This document shows positions 17,632-27,243 of a DNA stretch of 64,000 nucleotides, piece after piece. The notes beneath the pieces were generated by a model, which worked only from the letters and a program-made list of their open reading frames with translations, made no database searches and was not told the origin of the DNA. Location of the stretch: contig CAYITQ010000001.1 in the NCBI GenBank assembly GCA_964366335.1, positions 41,336 to 105,335 on the forward strand, written 5' to 3'. Both the position numbers and the translations under genes were made by a program. The stretch is from an uncultured Gammaproteobacteria bacterium (GTDB lineage Bacteria; Patescibacteriota; Microgenomatia; CAZETR01; Amesbacteraceae). Every line of letters starts with the position of its first letter. Position 1 is the first letter of the stretch.

Positions 17632-18429
17632 ATGAAGAAAATCTTACTATCAGTAGTCCTCGCTACTTACAACGAAGAACGGAATATCGCCAGATGTCTG
17701 GATTCAGTTTGGGAGTTGGCAGATGAAATACTAATTGTAGACGGCAAGTCTACCGATGATACCGTCAAAATAGCCAAAAAATACAAGGCTAAGATTATTT
17801 TAGTTGACAATAATCCCACCCACTTTCATGCTCAGAAAAAAATCGCCATAGACAAAGCCTCTGGTGATTGGATCCTCCAGCTCGATGCTGATGAATGCTT
17901 GACCCCCGAGTTGGTCAATGAAATAAAGGGACACCTCCGAGGTGGCCGAATGGACTCCTCGGAGGTGAATGGGTATTGGTTGCCGAGAAAAAATTACTTT
18001 TTGGGACGGTTTTTGACCAAAGGTGGTCAATATCCCGATTACACCATGCGTCTGTATAGAAACGGCAAAGGTAATTTGCCGGCCCTCGATGTCCATGAGC
18101 AGGCAGTAATTGAGGGAGAAGTAGGGTATTTGATAAACCCCATGTTGCATTATGGCACTCCCGACTTTGAAAATTATCTCGTCCGCAACAATAAATATAC
18201 ATCTCTCATGGCTGAGCAATTTGCCGAGCAAAAAGTTCCCATTAATCTCCTTTACACTTTTATACATTTATTCTTTTATCCATTGCGCGAGTTTGTCTGG
18301 ATATATTTCAGACATCGTGGCTATGTAGACGGGTTTCCAGGCTTTGTCTTTGCCCTATTTTCCGGACTTCGCTTTGCTATTGCTTACATCAAATACTGGC
18401 AAGTTACTAAATATTCGGCACATGATTAA
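17632..18429 (+). CDS. GT2 glycosyltransferase (KdtX/beta-1,4-glucosyltransferase-like)
   Basis: 'ATYNEERNI', 'WILQLDADE', 'YPDYTMRLY', 'VHE'. Confidence 0.92.
   Translation: MKKILLSVVLATYNEERNIARCLDSVWELADEILIVDGKSTDDTVKIAKKYKAKIILVDNNPTHFHAQKKIAIDKASGDWILQLDADECLTPELVNEIKGHLRGGRMDSSEVNGYWLPRKNYFLGRFLTKGGQYPDYTMRLYRNGKGNLPALDVHEQAVIEGEVGYLINPMLHYGTPDFENYLVRNNKYTSLMAEQFAEQKVPINLLYTFIHLFFYPLREFVWIYFRHRGYVDGFPGFVFALFSGLRFAIAYIKYWQVTKYSAHD
17932..17967. repeat. In-frame REP-like inverted repeat inside GT2 gene
   Basis: Perfect 11-bp IR CACCTCCGAGG...CCTCGGAGGTG (36 bp total), translated as HLRGGRMDSSEV. Confidence 0.8.
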
Positions 18430-19408
18430 AGTAGGCTTTATCACAAAATCCATGACCGATGACAATGCCCAGAGAGGAGTCGGTTTCTATGCCAAGCGTC
18501 TGCTCGAAAGGCTAAAGGCTCAAGGCTCAAGGCTCAATATTGAGATTTTAGAAGACAAATATAGTGAAGTGGATATAGTTCACTATCCATATTTTGATTT
18601 GTTCTACCACACTCTCCCCTTATTCCCAAAGACAAAAACAGTAGTCACGGTCCACGACGTCATACCTCTGGAATTTCCAAACGTATATAAGCAAGGTCTA
18701 AAAGCAAAGCTTAATTTGTACTTGCAAGGCCTGGCCTTGCAAACTGTTGGCACTGTTATTACCGATTCATTTTATTCACTCAAAAATATTCATAAATATT
18801 TAGGTGTCCCTCACGAAAAATTGAAATTAGTTTATCTGGCTGCGGATGAAATATTTAAACCAAAAAAAGTTACTAAAAAATATAATTTACCCAAAGATTT
18901 TGTATTGTATGTGGGGGATGTTAATTACAACAAAAATATTCCGGGACTGATCCAAGCCGCGAAGCTTGCAAATTTACCATTAGTCATGGTTGGTAAACAA
19001 GCAGCCGAAGTTGAATCAATGGATTTGAATCACCCAGAACTTGTCCATCTTTCTATGAACTATGAACTAATAACTAATTACCCGATACGGTTGGGATTTG
19101 TCCCAGATGAGGATTTGGTAGATATTTATAATTTGGCAAGCGTATATTGCCAGGCATCATTCTCAGAAGGCTTTGGTCTCAATCCTTTGGAGGCATTGGC
19201 CTGTGGGACACCTGTGGCATCAAGTAATCGTGGCTCTCTACCAGAAATATTGGGTGAAAATGCTGTCTATTTTGATCCCGATGACACTTCACAAATAGCT
19301 AGTGCCATATTGAAGGCCAAAAATAGTAAAATAGACTTCAAATCAAATTTGACTTGGGAAAAAACAGCAAAAGAAACGTTAATGATCTACAAATCACTAT
19401 GTCCATAA
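18422..19408 (+). CDS. GT4 (GT-B) glycosyltransferase
   Basis: 'TVHDVIP', 'YVGDVNYNKN', 'SEGFGLNPLEALACG'. Confidence 0.92.
   Translation: MIKVGFITKSMTDDNAQRGVGFYAKRLLERLKAQGSRLNIEILEDKYSEVDIVHYPYFDLFYHTLPLFPKTKTVVTVHDVIPLEFPNVYKQGLKAKLNLYLQGLALQTVGTVITDSFYSLKNIHKYLGVPHEKLKLVYLAADEIFKPKKVTKKYNLPKDFVLYVGDVNYNKNIPGLIQAAKLANLPLVMVGKQAAEVESMDLNHPELVHLSMNYELITNYPIRLGFVPDEDLVDIYNLASVYCQASFSEGFGLNPLEALACGTPVASSNRGSLPEILGENAVYFDPDDTSQIASAILKAKNSKIDFKSNLTWEKTAKETLMIYKSLCP
18508..18535. repeat. Intragenic 7-bp array
   Basis: AAGGCTA (AAGGCTC)x3. Confidence 0.8.
19053..19080. repeat. Intragenic 7-bp array
   Basis: CTATGAA CTATGAA CTAATAA CTAATTA. Confidence 0.75.
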
Positions 19409-20502
19409 AAACAATTTTTAAATATATTCTCACTTGGCAGATGGCCATAATTATTGTTTCCCGCTCAGCGGGATTATTTTTGCCTCTGCAGGAAACCTAT
19501 ATTGGTGGCGCCACCCAAGCCTATGTCGAAAACCCCCTGCTCTATTCCAGAGCCAATTTTGATGGTAATCATTATCTGACTATTGCCAGACGGGGTTATG
19601 GCTATGCCCAGCAAGCCTTCTTTCCGCTTTATCCAAACTTAATCCGTTATTTTTCCAAATACATGCTTCCGGTTACCTCGGGTGTGGCCATTAGCATTGT
19701 TAGCTTTTTTATCGCCATTATATTTTTGGTCAAACTGGTTAAACTAGACGATTCTGATCCAAATATTGCCAAGTGGACAATAATCAGTTTATTAACCTTT
19801 CCCACAAGCTTCTTTTTGGGCAGTGTTTATACCGAAGGCTTGTTTCTGATGCTGGTGGTTTTGAGTTTTTATTGTGCTAGGACTGGCCGCTGGTGGCTAG
19901 CCGGTATCTTTGGGGCATTCGCCAGCTATACCCGCTTTGTAGGTATATTTTTATTACCAGCTTTATTGTTTGAATGGTTTGAGACTTCAAAAAACAAGAA
20001 AAATTTAATACCAATATTATTAATCCCAATAGGTTTATTAATCTATATGCAGTTTTTGGACAAAACTACTGGAGATCCTTTTGCCTTCATTCATGTCCAA
20101 AAACTATTTGGCCAAGGCAGAAGTGAGAAGTTTATCTTGCTCTACCAAGTATTTTGGAGATATATCAAGATGGTTTTTACAGTAGATCTCAACAATCCTA
20201 TTTATCCCACGGTGGTTCTGGAATTTGTGACTGGTATTGCCTTCCTGTGGGCTTCAATAGCAGTCGCAATTAAGCAACGCCGTTCATATGCTGTCTTTGC
20301 CGTCCTTTCCTACCTTATACCCACTCTCACAGGCAATCTGGTGTCTCTGCCCCGCTATATCCTGACTGCATTTCCTTTTTTTATAGGTTATGGTAGATTT
20401 TTAACACAATATAAACATCTTCGTCTGATTATATTACCTGTCAGTGGACTACTGTTAGTTATTTATTTAGGGATGTTTATACGAGGTTATTGGGTTGCAT
20501 GA
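19399..20502 (+). CDS. GT-C mannosyltransferase, PIG-V-like (GT76)
   Basis: 'NFDGNHYLTIA..GY', 'AFFPLYP', 'YTEGLF', 'SLPRY'. Confidence 0.87.
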   Translation: MSIKTIFKYILTWQMAIIIVSRSAGLFLPLQETYIGGATQAYVENPLLYSRANFDGNHYLTIARRGYGYAQQAFFPLYPNLIRYFSKYMLPVTSGVAISIVSFFIAIIFLVKLVKLDDSDPNIAKWTIISLLTFPTSFFLGSVYTEGLFLMLVVLSFYCARTGRWWLAGIFGAFASYTRFVGIFLLPALLFEWFETSKNKKNLIPILLIPIGLLIYMQFLDKTTGDPFAFIHVQKLFGQGRSEKFILLYQVFWRYIKMVFTVDLNNPIYPTVVLEFVTGIAFLWASIAVAIKQRRSYAVFAVLSYLIPTLTGNLVSLPRYILTAFPFFIGYGRFLTQYKHLRLIILPVSGLLLVIYLGMFIRGYWVA

Positions 20503-21779
20503 AAGAAAAGATAAAATCTGTTTGGACAAATCCAGCTCTACGTGGGACGTCAATATTTATGGTGGGTAACGTTGTGGTCAGTGGTTTGGCTTTTACCTAT
20601 CATTTCTTGTTAGCCAGATTATTGGGCCCACATGAATATGGTATTTTGGCCGCCTTATTTGGTTTGTTGTACTTTGTTCAAGTTCCTATAAATACTGTAG
20701 ATTTTTTGATTACAAAATTAATATCTAGTTTTGAAGCCGAAAAAATTGTTAGCCACACCCGAGGGTTGATAAGTTATTTAGTACAAAAGGTAGGTTTAGT
20801 ATCTTTACTGGTATTTCCAGTTTTATTATTACTATCTAAGTTTGTGCAAGATTTTCTCAAACTTCCGGAAATAGGTCCAGTGATTGCCATTTGGTTATTT
20901 ATCTATCTACTATTAATTATTACTGTCTTACGGGCGGTGCTTAAAGCATGGCTACGGTTTACTGACCTAGTCTTGAATCAAATCATTGAAATGGTTGCAA
21001 GACTTGGACTCTCAGTGGTTTTTATTTATTTTGTTTCAGCTTGGTATGGTTGGGGTTTAGTAGGAGTTATTCTGGCTTCGTTGCTAGTTTTATTTATAAG
21101 TTTGTTTCAGGTGCGCGAAATATTATCAGTACCAACAGATAAATTTGAACATCACAAATGGCCGATTAAATCTCTGGGGATCGGGGGATTAGTATTGTCA
21201 CTTGCTTATACTCTCATGTATTCAATTGACATTTTATTAGTCAAACATTTTTTTAGTGATTATTGGACCGGTATTTATGCAGTACTGGTTACAGCCGGTA
21301 AAGTGGTCTATTTTGCTCAATCGCCCTTGAGTACAGCAATGATCCCGGTGGTGGCTAGAAAATCCCAGCATCCGGCTCACGCCAGAAATGACCTATGGTT
21401 TTTACTTGGAATTTCAGGATTAATCGGGACGTCGATCGTGGGCTTGTATTTTGTTGCCTCGCAAGCATTAGTTATATCGGTGTTTTCGAGTAAGTTTATC
21501 GCGGCCGCCCCTTTGATGGCTTGGATGGGCCTGGCAATTTTTGGTTATGCCCTAGCCAATACCTGCGCCGGATTTTTATTGGCCTTAAATAAGACAAAGG
21601 CTGCCTGGATTTCATTGCTTGGATTGTTTGCCGAAGCAACCGGAATCTATTTATTTCATGCCAGTTTGACTCAGGTTGTATTATCTTTGGGAATTGTTTT
21701 TGGTATACTTGCCCTAGTTTTAATAATTTATAGCTTCTATGTCACGCGTCCAGCTATCAATAGTAGTCCCGGCTTATAA
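20499..21779 (+). CDS. Wzx-like oligosaccharide flippase (MOP superfamily)
   Basis: 'LARLLGPHEYG', ~12 TM segments, 'IDILLVKHFF...GIY'. Confidence 0.85.
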   Translation: MKEKIKSVWTNPALRGTSIFMVGNVVVSGLAFTYHFLLARLLGPHEYGILAALFGLLYFVQVPINTVDFLITKLISSFEAEKIVSHTRGLISYLVQKVGLVSLLVFPVLLLLSKFVQDFLKLPEIGPVIAIWLFIYLLLIITVLRAVLKAWLRFTDLVLNQIIEMVARLGLSVVFIYFVSAWYGWGLVGVILASLLVLFISLFQVREILSVPTDKFEHHKWPIKSLGIGGLVLSLAYTLMYSIDILLVKHFFSDYWTGIYAVLVTAGKVVYFAQSPLSTAMIPVVARKSQHPAHARNDLWFLLGISGLIGTSIVGLYFVASQALVISVFSSKFIAAAPLMAWMGLAIFGYALANTCAGFLLALNKTKAAWISLLGLFAEATGIYLFHASLTQVVLSLGIVFGILALVLIIYSFYVTRPAINSSPGL

Positions 21780-22479
21780 ACAGGAAAAACAGATTGTAAA
21801 AAATCTGCAAGATTTAGATGGGGTTCTGAAGGGAATGGGAGTGAGCTATGAGATTATTTGTGTCGTAGATGGATTTCTGGATAAGACCTTTGAAAAAGCC
21901 AAATCAATTGTTTCAAAAAATATTAAGGTCATAGGTTATCCCAACAATTCCGGTAAAGGATTTGCTGTTCGTTACGGAATGTCTCACGCCAGCGGCAGTA
22001 TAATTGGTTTCGTAGATTCTGGAGAGTTAGATTACGGTATGATCCCAATGATGTTGGAACACTTCAAATGGTATAAAGCGGATGTTATTATCGCCTCAAA
22101 ACGCCATCCAGTGTCTCAAGTTTATTATCCTTGGCAAAGAAAAATTTTATCATTTGGTTATCAGATGGGAGTAAAATTACTATTTGGATTAAATGTTCGT
22201 GATACTCAAGTGGGAATGAAATTATACAAAAAAGCACTCATAAAAGCAGTACTTCCCCGACTTTTAGTAAAGAAATTCGCTTTTGACATTGAAATTCTTG
22301 CCGTAGCCCACCATTTGGGCTTCACTAAAATATTTGAAGCCCCCGTTAAACTTTCTATGAAATTTTTACACACCTCTTCAATCTTTAATACAGGTTTCAT
22401 TAAAACTGCCTTTAATATGGCTTGGGACACTCTGGCCGTTTTTTACCGTTTGAAAATAATGCATTTTTATGATGCGTAA
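21739..22479 (+). CDS. Polyprenyl-phosphate glycosyltransferase (GT2, Dol-P-Glc/Man synthase-like)
   Basis: 'GKGFAVRYG', 'DTQVGMKLY', 'FAFDIEIL'. Confidence 0.87.
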   Translation: MSRVQLSIVVPAYKQEKQIVKNLQDLDGVLKGMGVSYEIICVVDGFLDKTFEKAKSIVSKNIKVIGYPNNSGKGFAVRYGMSHASGSIIGFVDSGELDYGMIPMMLEHFKWYKADVIIASKRHPVSQVYYPWQRKILSFGYQMGVKLLFGLNVRDTQVGMKLYKKALIKAVLPRLLVKKFAFDIEILAVAHHLGFTKIFEAPVKLSMKFLHTSSIFNTGFIKTAFNMAWDTLAVFYRLKIMHFYDA

Positions 22480-24226
22480 TTTATTAGTAATCGCGATATC
22501 GTTTTTCATCTTTGTTCCTAGCGTATATGCCTCGGAAAGATTTATAAATATTGTCAATCCCGTCAGGGTATCCAAGTACAATCTAAACACCTCAGTCAGT
22601 ATCAATGCTCAATATGAAATAATAAATAAGTTTAATTTACCAGCAACATGGCTTCTCACCTTAGATGTTTTAGGTGACAAAAATGCAATTAATACTTTAA
22701 AAAATTTTGATAAAAATCAAGAATTAGGAATATTCTTAGAAATAAGTCAAGATTCAGCCGATAAATCTGGAATCGTTTACCATAATACTGGATCTTGGCA
22801 TTTTGCCAATGCGGTATTTTTATCAGGCTATACCCAAGAAGAAAGAATCAAGTTTATAGACACTGTGTTTGCAGAGTTCAAAGAGCAATTTGGTTATTAC
22901 CCTGTCTCTGTAGGGGCCTGGTGGGTGGATAGTTTTTCTCTGCAATACATGCACGATAAATATGGTGTCATTGCCAATTTATCCTGCGCTGATCAATATT
23001 CTACAGATAATTATCAGATTTGGGGGACTTATTGGTCCACCCCTTATTATCCGAGTATTATCCATGCCGGAATTCCTGCCCAGAGCCCGGAAAATAAAAT
23101 AGGAGTGGTTACTATGCAGTGGGCACCCCGTGATCCCCGCCGGGGCTATTACAGCAGTCTGTACAGTACCCAGGATTATTTTACGACCCCCAAACTTGAT
23201 ATCAATTATTTTTCTAATCTGATAGATGTATTTTCTCAGGTTACTGTGGGACTAGAGGGTGATTTTAGTCCCGATGTTTATCGCGGTGAATTTACCAACC
23301 AAATACAGGTTGTGGCTCAAAAAACCGCAACCAAAGTGACCATGGGAGACTTTGCCAAATGGTATAAAAATAAATTTCCCGATGTATCTCCTGAACAAAA
23401 AATTAATTTTGACGGTATGATCTGGTATCAGTCTCCATATTATAGATTGGGTATAGATGAGACGAATAAAAAAATTATTGACCTCAGAATTTATTCGTCA
23501 GAATATAGAGAGGCGTATTATCTCTGGCCAAATAGGGAAAAAGACTTGCGTATCAATATTCCGTCTTTAATTGATTCCGTTCAAGACCCTTTAGAAGTCT
23601 GGCAAATTACGGATGTAAATATCAAAACTATGCCTAAGTATTTTGAGTCTGAAAACAAACCTCCCGCAAGATTTTTTAAATCAGACTTTGTTTCGGTAAA
23701 AAAATCAGGCAATACTTGGCGGGTAGAGATTAACAACAACTTTAAAGACGGAGAGATATTTAGCGACTGGAGTCTGGAAACAAAACACTTACTTAAAGCA
23801 CCCAGAACGCTTATCAGAACGATGATCTCTTTAAACTGGAATAAATTCAAAAAAGAAAACTATTGGATTTCTCCGGAAGAAATTATCGGATTGGACAAAT
23901 TGAGACAATTGCCCGCAGGTAAAGTGCTGGTTTATGATTACGAATGTTTGCAATGTGAGTATTTCGGCAAATCCAAACCAGCTGTTTTTGCTAATTACAG
24001 AGATTATGTAGGTAAATATTCACAGAAAAAAATTGTCTACAACAGTGAGATAGTTGATTCCAGAGACAGAAATATTGTTAAAGACAAGCTAAAGTCTATG
24101 AGAATAGATTATATATATTTAACCAAATATGACCCCTCTGAATTTTTGAAACTTTCCCCTGGCGACTACGGCATCGAGAAAATATTTGAGAACGCCGTCG
24201 TTCAGATTTGGAAAGTAGTAAAATAG
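22469..24226 (+). CDS. Secreted carbohydrate-active protein (polysaccharide deacetylase/GH38-57-like barrel)
   Basis: Signal-peptide-like N-terminus. 'NLPATWLL', 'QELGIFLE', 'FKEQFGYYPVSVGAWW' resemble NodB-like barrel proteins. Confidence 0.6.
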   Translation: MMRNLLVIAISFFIFVPSVYASERFINIVNPVRVSKYNLNTSVSINAQYEIINKFNLPATWLLTLDVLGDKNAINTLKNFDKNQELGIFLEISQDSADKSGIVYHNTGSWHFANAVFLSGYTQEERIKFIDTVFAEFKEQFGYYPVSVGAWWVDSFSLQYMHDKYGVIANLSCADQYSTDNYQIWGTYWSTPYYPSIIHAGIPAQSPENKIGVVTMQWAPRDPRRGYYSSLYSTQDYFTTPKLDINYFSNLIDVFSQVTVGLEGDFSPDVYRGEFTNQIQVVAQKTATKVTMGDFAKWYKNKFPDVSPEQKINFDGMIWYQSPYYRLGIDETNKKIIDLRIYSSEYREAYYLWPNREKDLRINIPSLIDSVQDPLEVWQITDVNIKTMPKYFESENKPPARFFKSDFVSVKKSGNTWRVEINNNFKDGEIFSDWSLETKHLLKAPRTLIRTMISLNWNKFKKENYWISPEEIIGLDKLRQLPAGKVLVYDYECLQCEYFGKSKPAVFANYRDYVGKYSQKKIVYNSEIVDSRDRNIVKDKLKSMRIDYIYLTKYDPSEFLKLSPGDYGIEKIFENAVVQIWKVVK

Positions 24227-24230
24227 CTTC

Positions 24231-25331
24231 ATGAATATCTTAATCTTGTCCTGGCGTGATCCCCGCAATCCCAAAAGCGGAGGAGCAGAAATGGTCATGT
24301 TGAAGTATGCCCTGCATTGGACGAAGTCCGGTCATAAAGTGTTTTGGTTGGGCAGCCGCTATGATAATCTATCTGTTATCGAGAATATAGGTGGATTAAA
24401 TATTCACCGTGTCGGACCGGAATTGCAATTTTATAATACTTGGACAATGCTTCTTACCTACCCTGTATTTTTGTTAAACAGTATTTGGATTGGTTGGGGA
24501 ATTGCCAGACATCAAAATATCAATTTAGTTATAGATGCTATTCATGGATTGCCATTATTTTCTCCGTTTTATGTCAAGTGCCGTAAGGTCCTCTGGGTAT
24601 GTGAGGTAGCTGGCACGATTTGGGACAAAATGTATCCTTTTCCAATCAACTGGATAGGAAAAGTTTTGGAAAAATTGGTGTATTTTATTTATCAGAACAG
24701 CGAAATCTGGGCTATTTCAGAAAGTACAAAGAACGATATCCTTAAGATTAATCCGAAATTGCATGTAAAAATTGTTCCTCTGGGAATAGATATAAAAAGA
24801 TTCTCTCCAATAAAAAAGTTCGGTTTCCCATCAGCTTTATTTGTAGCACGGTTGGTAAAAATGAAAGGAATTGAGTCAGCAATTAAAGCTGCCAGGGAAA
24901 TAAGAAAAAAATTCAATAATTTTGTTCTGTATGTTATCGGTGATGGCGATTCTGATTATATAAAGTCTCTAAACGCCCCATCGTGCGTAATATTCTTAGG
25001 TAGATTATCCGATAAAGATAGAAATAAATATTTATCAAGGTGTCATTTTTTGATTCATCCTTCATTTAAAGAAGGTTTTGGGTTGACAGTTTTGGAAGCT
25101 GCTGCCTCCGGCACTCCGACAATAGCCAGAAGGGGAAGCAGTATGGATGAACTGATAAATGACGGGAATGATGGGTTATTATTTGACAGTGATAAACAAA
25201 TTTCTAATCTCTACTTAAAATATTTTGATAATACTAAATATAAAGCACTAACAAGCAATGCTTTTAAGAGTAGCCATAAATACAATTGGATACAAATATT
25301 ATCTAATTCCCGAAAAATCACTCAAATATGA
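24231..25331 (+). CDS. GT4 glycosyltransferase
   Basis: 'SWRDPRNPKSGGAE', 'KEGFGLTVLEA'. Confidence 0.92.
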   Translation: MNILILSWRDPRNPKSGGAEMVMLKYALHWTKSGHKVFWLGSRYDNLSVIENIGGLNIHRVGPELQFYNTWTMLLTYPVFLLNSIWIGWGIARHQNINLVIDAIHGLPLFSPFYVKCRKVLWVCEVAGTIWDKMYPFPINWIGKVLEKLVYFIYQNSEIWAISESTKNDILKINPKLHVKIVPLGIDIKRFSPIKKFGFPSALFVARLVKMKGIESAIKAAREIRKKFNNFVLYVIGDGDSDYIKSLNAPSCVIFLGRLSDKDRNKYLSRCHFLIHPSFKEGFGLTVLEAAASGTPTIARRGSSMDELINDGNDGLLFDSDKQISNLYLKYFDNTKYKALTSNAFKSSHKYNWIQILSNSRKITQI

Positions 25332-26293
25332 AAAAATATCCAAAAATATCAATAATAATTGCTCTTTATAAGGAAACAGCCTATTTTTATGAGTCCGTTG
25401 CCCAATGTTTACAATTGGATTACTCTAATTTTGAAATTTTAATTGGTGTGGATAGGGGAGTGAAACTAAATTTTCGAGATCCTAGGATACGTGTTTTGGA
25501 AACTGGTTTGTTACGTACAGGGCCAGCCGAAAAAAGAGATATAGGAATTATTAGATCAAAGGCTGAATATATTGCTTTTTTAGATGACGACTCTTATCCC
25601 AGACGTGATTGGCTTAAAAAAACGATAAATATATTTGACAAACATCCCGAAATAGCTGCAGTGGGTGGTCCGGGTTTGACTCCACCAATGGATGGCTTTC
25701 GTCAGCAAATAACCGGGGCTATTTTGTCTACTTTTTGGGGGACGGGACCATATGCCTATCGATTTGTACAGAAGCCCAAACGCTTGGTAGACGATTATCC
25801 TGCCTATAATTTGATAGCCAGACGGAAAGACTTGGTATCTGTAGGAGGATTTGATAATAAATTCTATGGCGGTGAGGATACTGCGTTATGTATAAAATTG
25901 ATCAACGCAGGAAAAAAGATTCTTTACCATCCTGAAGTGGTCGTTTACCATCACCGCAGGCATTTTCCGGAAGGATACTTGGCTCAAGTCGGAAATGTCG
26001 GATTGCATCGTGGATATTTCGTAAAAAAATTCCCTTCGACATCATTACGACCTAGCTATTTTATGCCATTGTTTGGGATAGCAACGACTATATTTTTATT
26101 ATTATTTTCGGTAGTTTTTCCGCCACTGATATGGATAGGGGTATTTTTGTATATATTAGGTATTGTTGACGCAATGAAAGTGGCTAACTGGAAAGTTGCC
26201 ATGATTCTACCCCTTTGCATTTATTTGTCACATTTCAGTTATGCATACAATTTTACAAAAGGTCTTTTATTTACAAAATATCTAGAAAAATGA
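25328..26293 (+). CDS. GT2 glycosyltransferase with C-terminal TM segments
   Basis: 'GPAEKRD', 'AFLDDDSYP', 'GGEDT'. Confidence 0.9.
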   Translation: MKKYPKISIIIALYKETAYFYESVAQCLQLDYSNFEILIGVDRGVKLNFRDPRIRVLETGLLRTGPAEKRDIGIIRSKAEYIAFLDDDSYPRRDWLKKTINIFDKHPEIAAVGGPGLTPPMDGFRQQITGAILSTFWGTGPYAYRFVQKPKRLVDDYPAYNLIARRKDLVSVGGFDNKFYGGEDTALCIKLINAGKKILYHPEVVVYHHRRHFPEGYLAQVGNVGLHRGYFVKKFPSTSLRPSYFMPLFGIATTIFLLLFSVVFPPLIWIGVFLYILGIVDAMKVANWKVAMILPLCIYLSHFSYAYNFTKGLLFTKYLEK

Positions 26294-27243
26294 TTTGGCC
26301 AAAGATTTCAATAGTTATTCCAACCCTTAACGAAGAAGAGAATATCAGAAAATGTCTAGAATCAATTTTCTGTCAGGATTACCCGCGAGATAAACTAGAA
26401 GTTTTAGTAGTCGACGATGATTCAATTGATCAAACAATAAAAATTGTCAAAAAATATCCGATTCGAATTTTGAGAAATGGACATAAACACGGGGAGATTG
26501 GCAAGATGATCGGATTGAAAGCTGCTAAAGGCGAATATTTTATATATTTAGACGCTGACATTGAATTGCGAGGTAAAAATTGGTTAAAGAAAATAGTTAA
26601 ACCTTTGGTTGAAAATCCTAATATAATAGGTAGCTTTACAAAATACTATAGTAAAGTAAATACTTCACCTATAGAGAGATATTTAAACTTTGATCCATTA
26701 CAAAGAGATCAAATCTATCAATTTTTCTCTCCTTCGATTGAAGATACGATAAAATCAAAAAAAGGAGAATATTATATTTGTGAATATAAAATAGGTAACA
26801 TACCTCCAGCTGGTTTGTGTTTATTTAGAAGAAAAGAGTTGTTAGATATAGTTGAGAATTTTGAAATGTTTTTAGAACTGGATTTCTTGGTTTTATTAGT
26901 CAAAAATGGTTTTAATAAATTCGTTTTTGTACCAGAAGCAGGGCTTTATCATCATCATGTAACATCACTGTTTGAATTACTGCGCAAGCGTAAGTACAAC
27001 TTGACAAAAGTATATTTCTTACATGTCAAAAACAAACTTTATACATGGATTGACTGGAAGAATCCTCTTCATTTATTAAAGTTGGGGCTTTGGATAATTT
27101 ATGCAAATTTATTTTTTCCATCACTATTTACGGGTATATATAAATCAATCAAATATCGGGATTGGGTGGGTTTATATGAACCTGTCGTCAACCTTTTTGT
27201 AACAGACTTACTCATTATCTCATTTCTGATACATGATAAATAA
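26290..27243 (+). CDS. GT2 glycosyltransferase
   Basis: 'ISIVIPTLNEEENI', 'VDDDSID', 'YLDAD'. Confidence 0.9.
   Translation: MIWPKISIVIPTLNEEENIRKCLESIFCQDYPRDKLEVLVVDDDSIDQTIKIVKKYPIRILRNGHKHGEIGKMIGLKAAKGEYFIYLDADIELRGKNWLKKIVKPLVENPNIIGSFTKYYSKVNTSPIERYLNFDPLQRDQIYQFFSPSIEDTIKSKKGEYYICEYKIGNIPPAGLCLFRRKELLDIVENFEMFLELDFLVLLVKNGFNKFVFVPEAGLYHHHVTSLFELLRKRKYNLTKVYFLHVKNKLYTWIDWKNPLHLLKLGLWIIYANLFFPSLFTGIYKSIKYRDWVGLYEPVVNLFVTDLLIISFLIHDK

Noticed and set aside
17800-18267. 155-aa antisense ORF and the many other 60-125-aa antisense or out-of-frame ORFs in the track
   Set aside because: They are shadows of well-supported genes and have no recognisable motifs.
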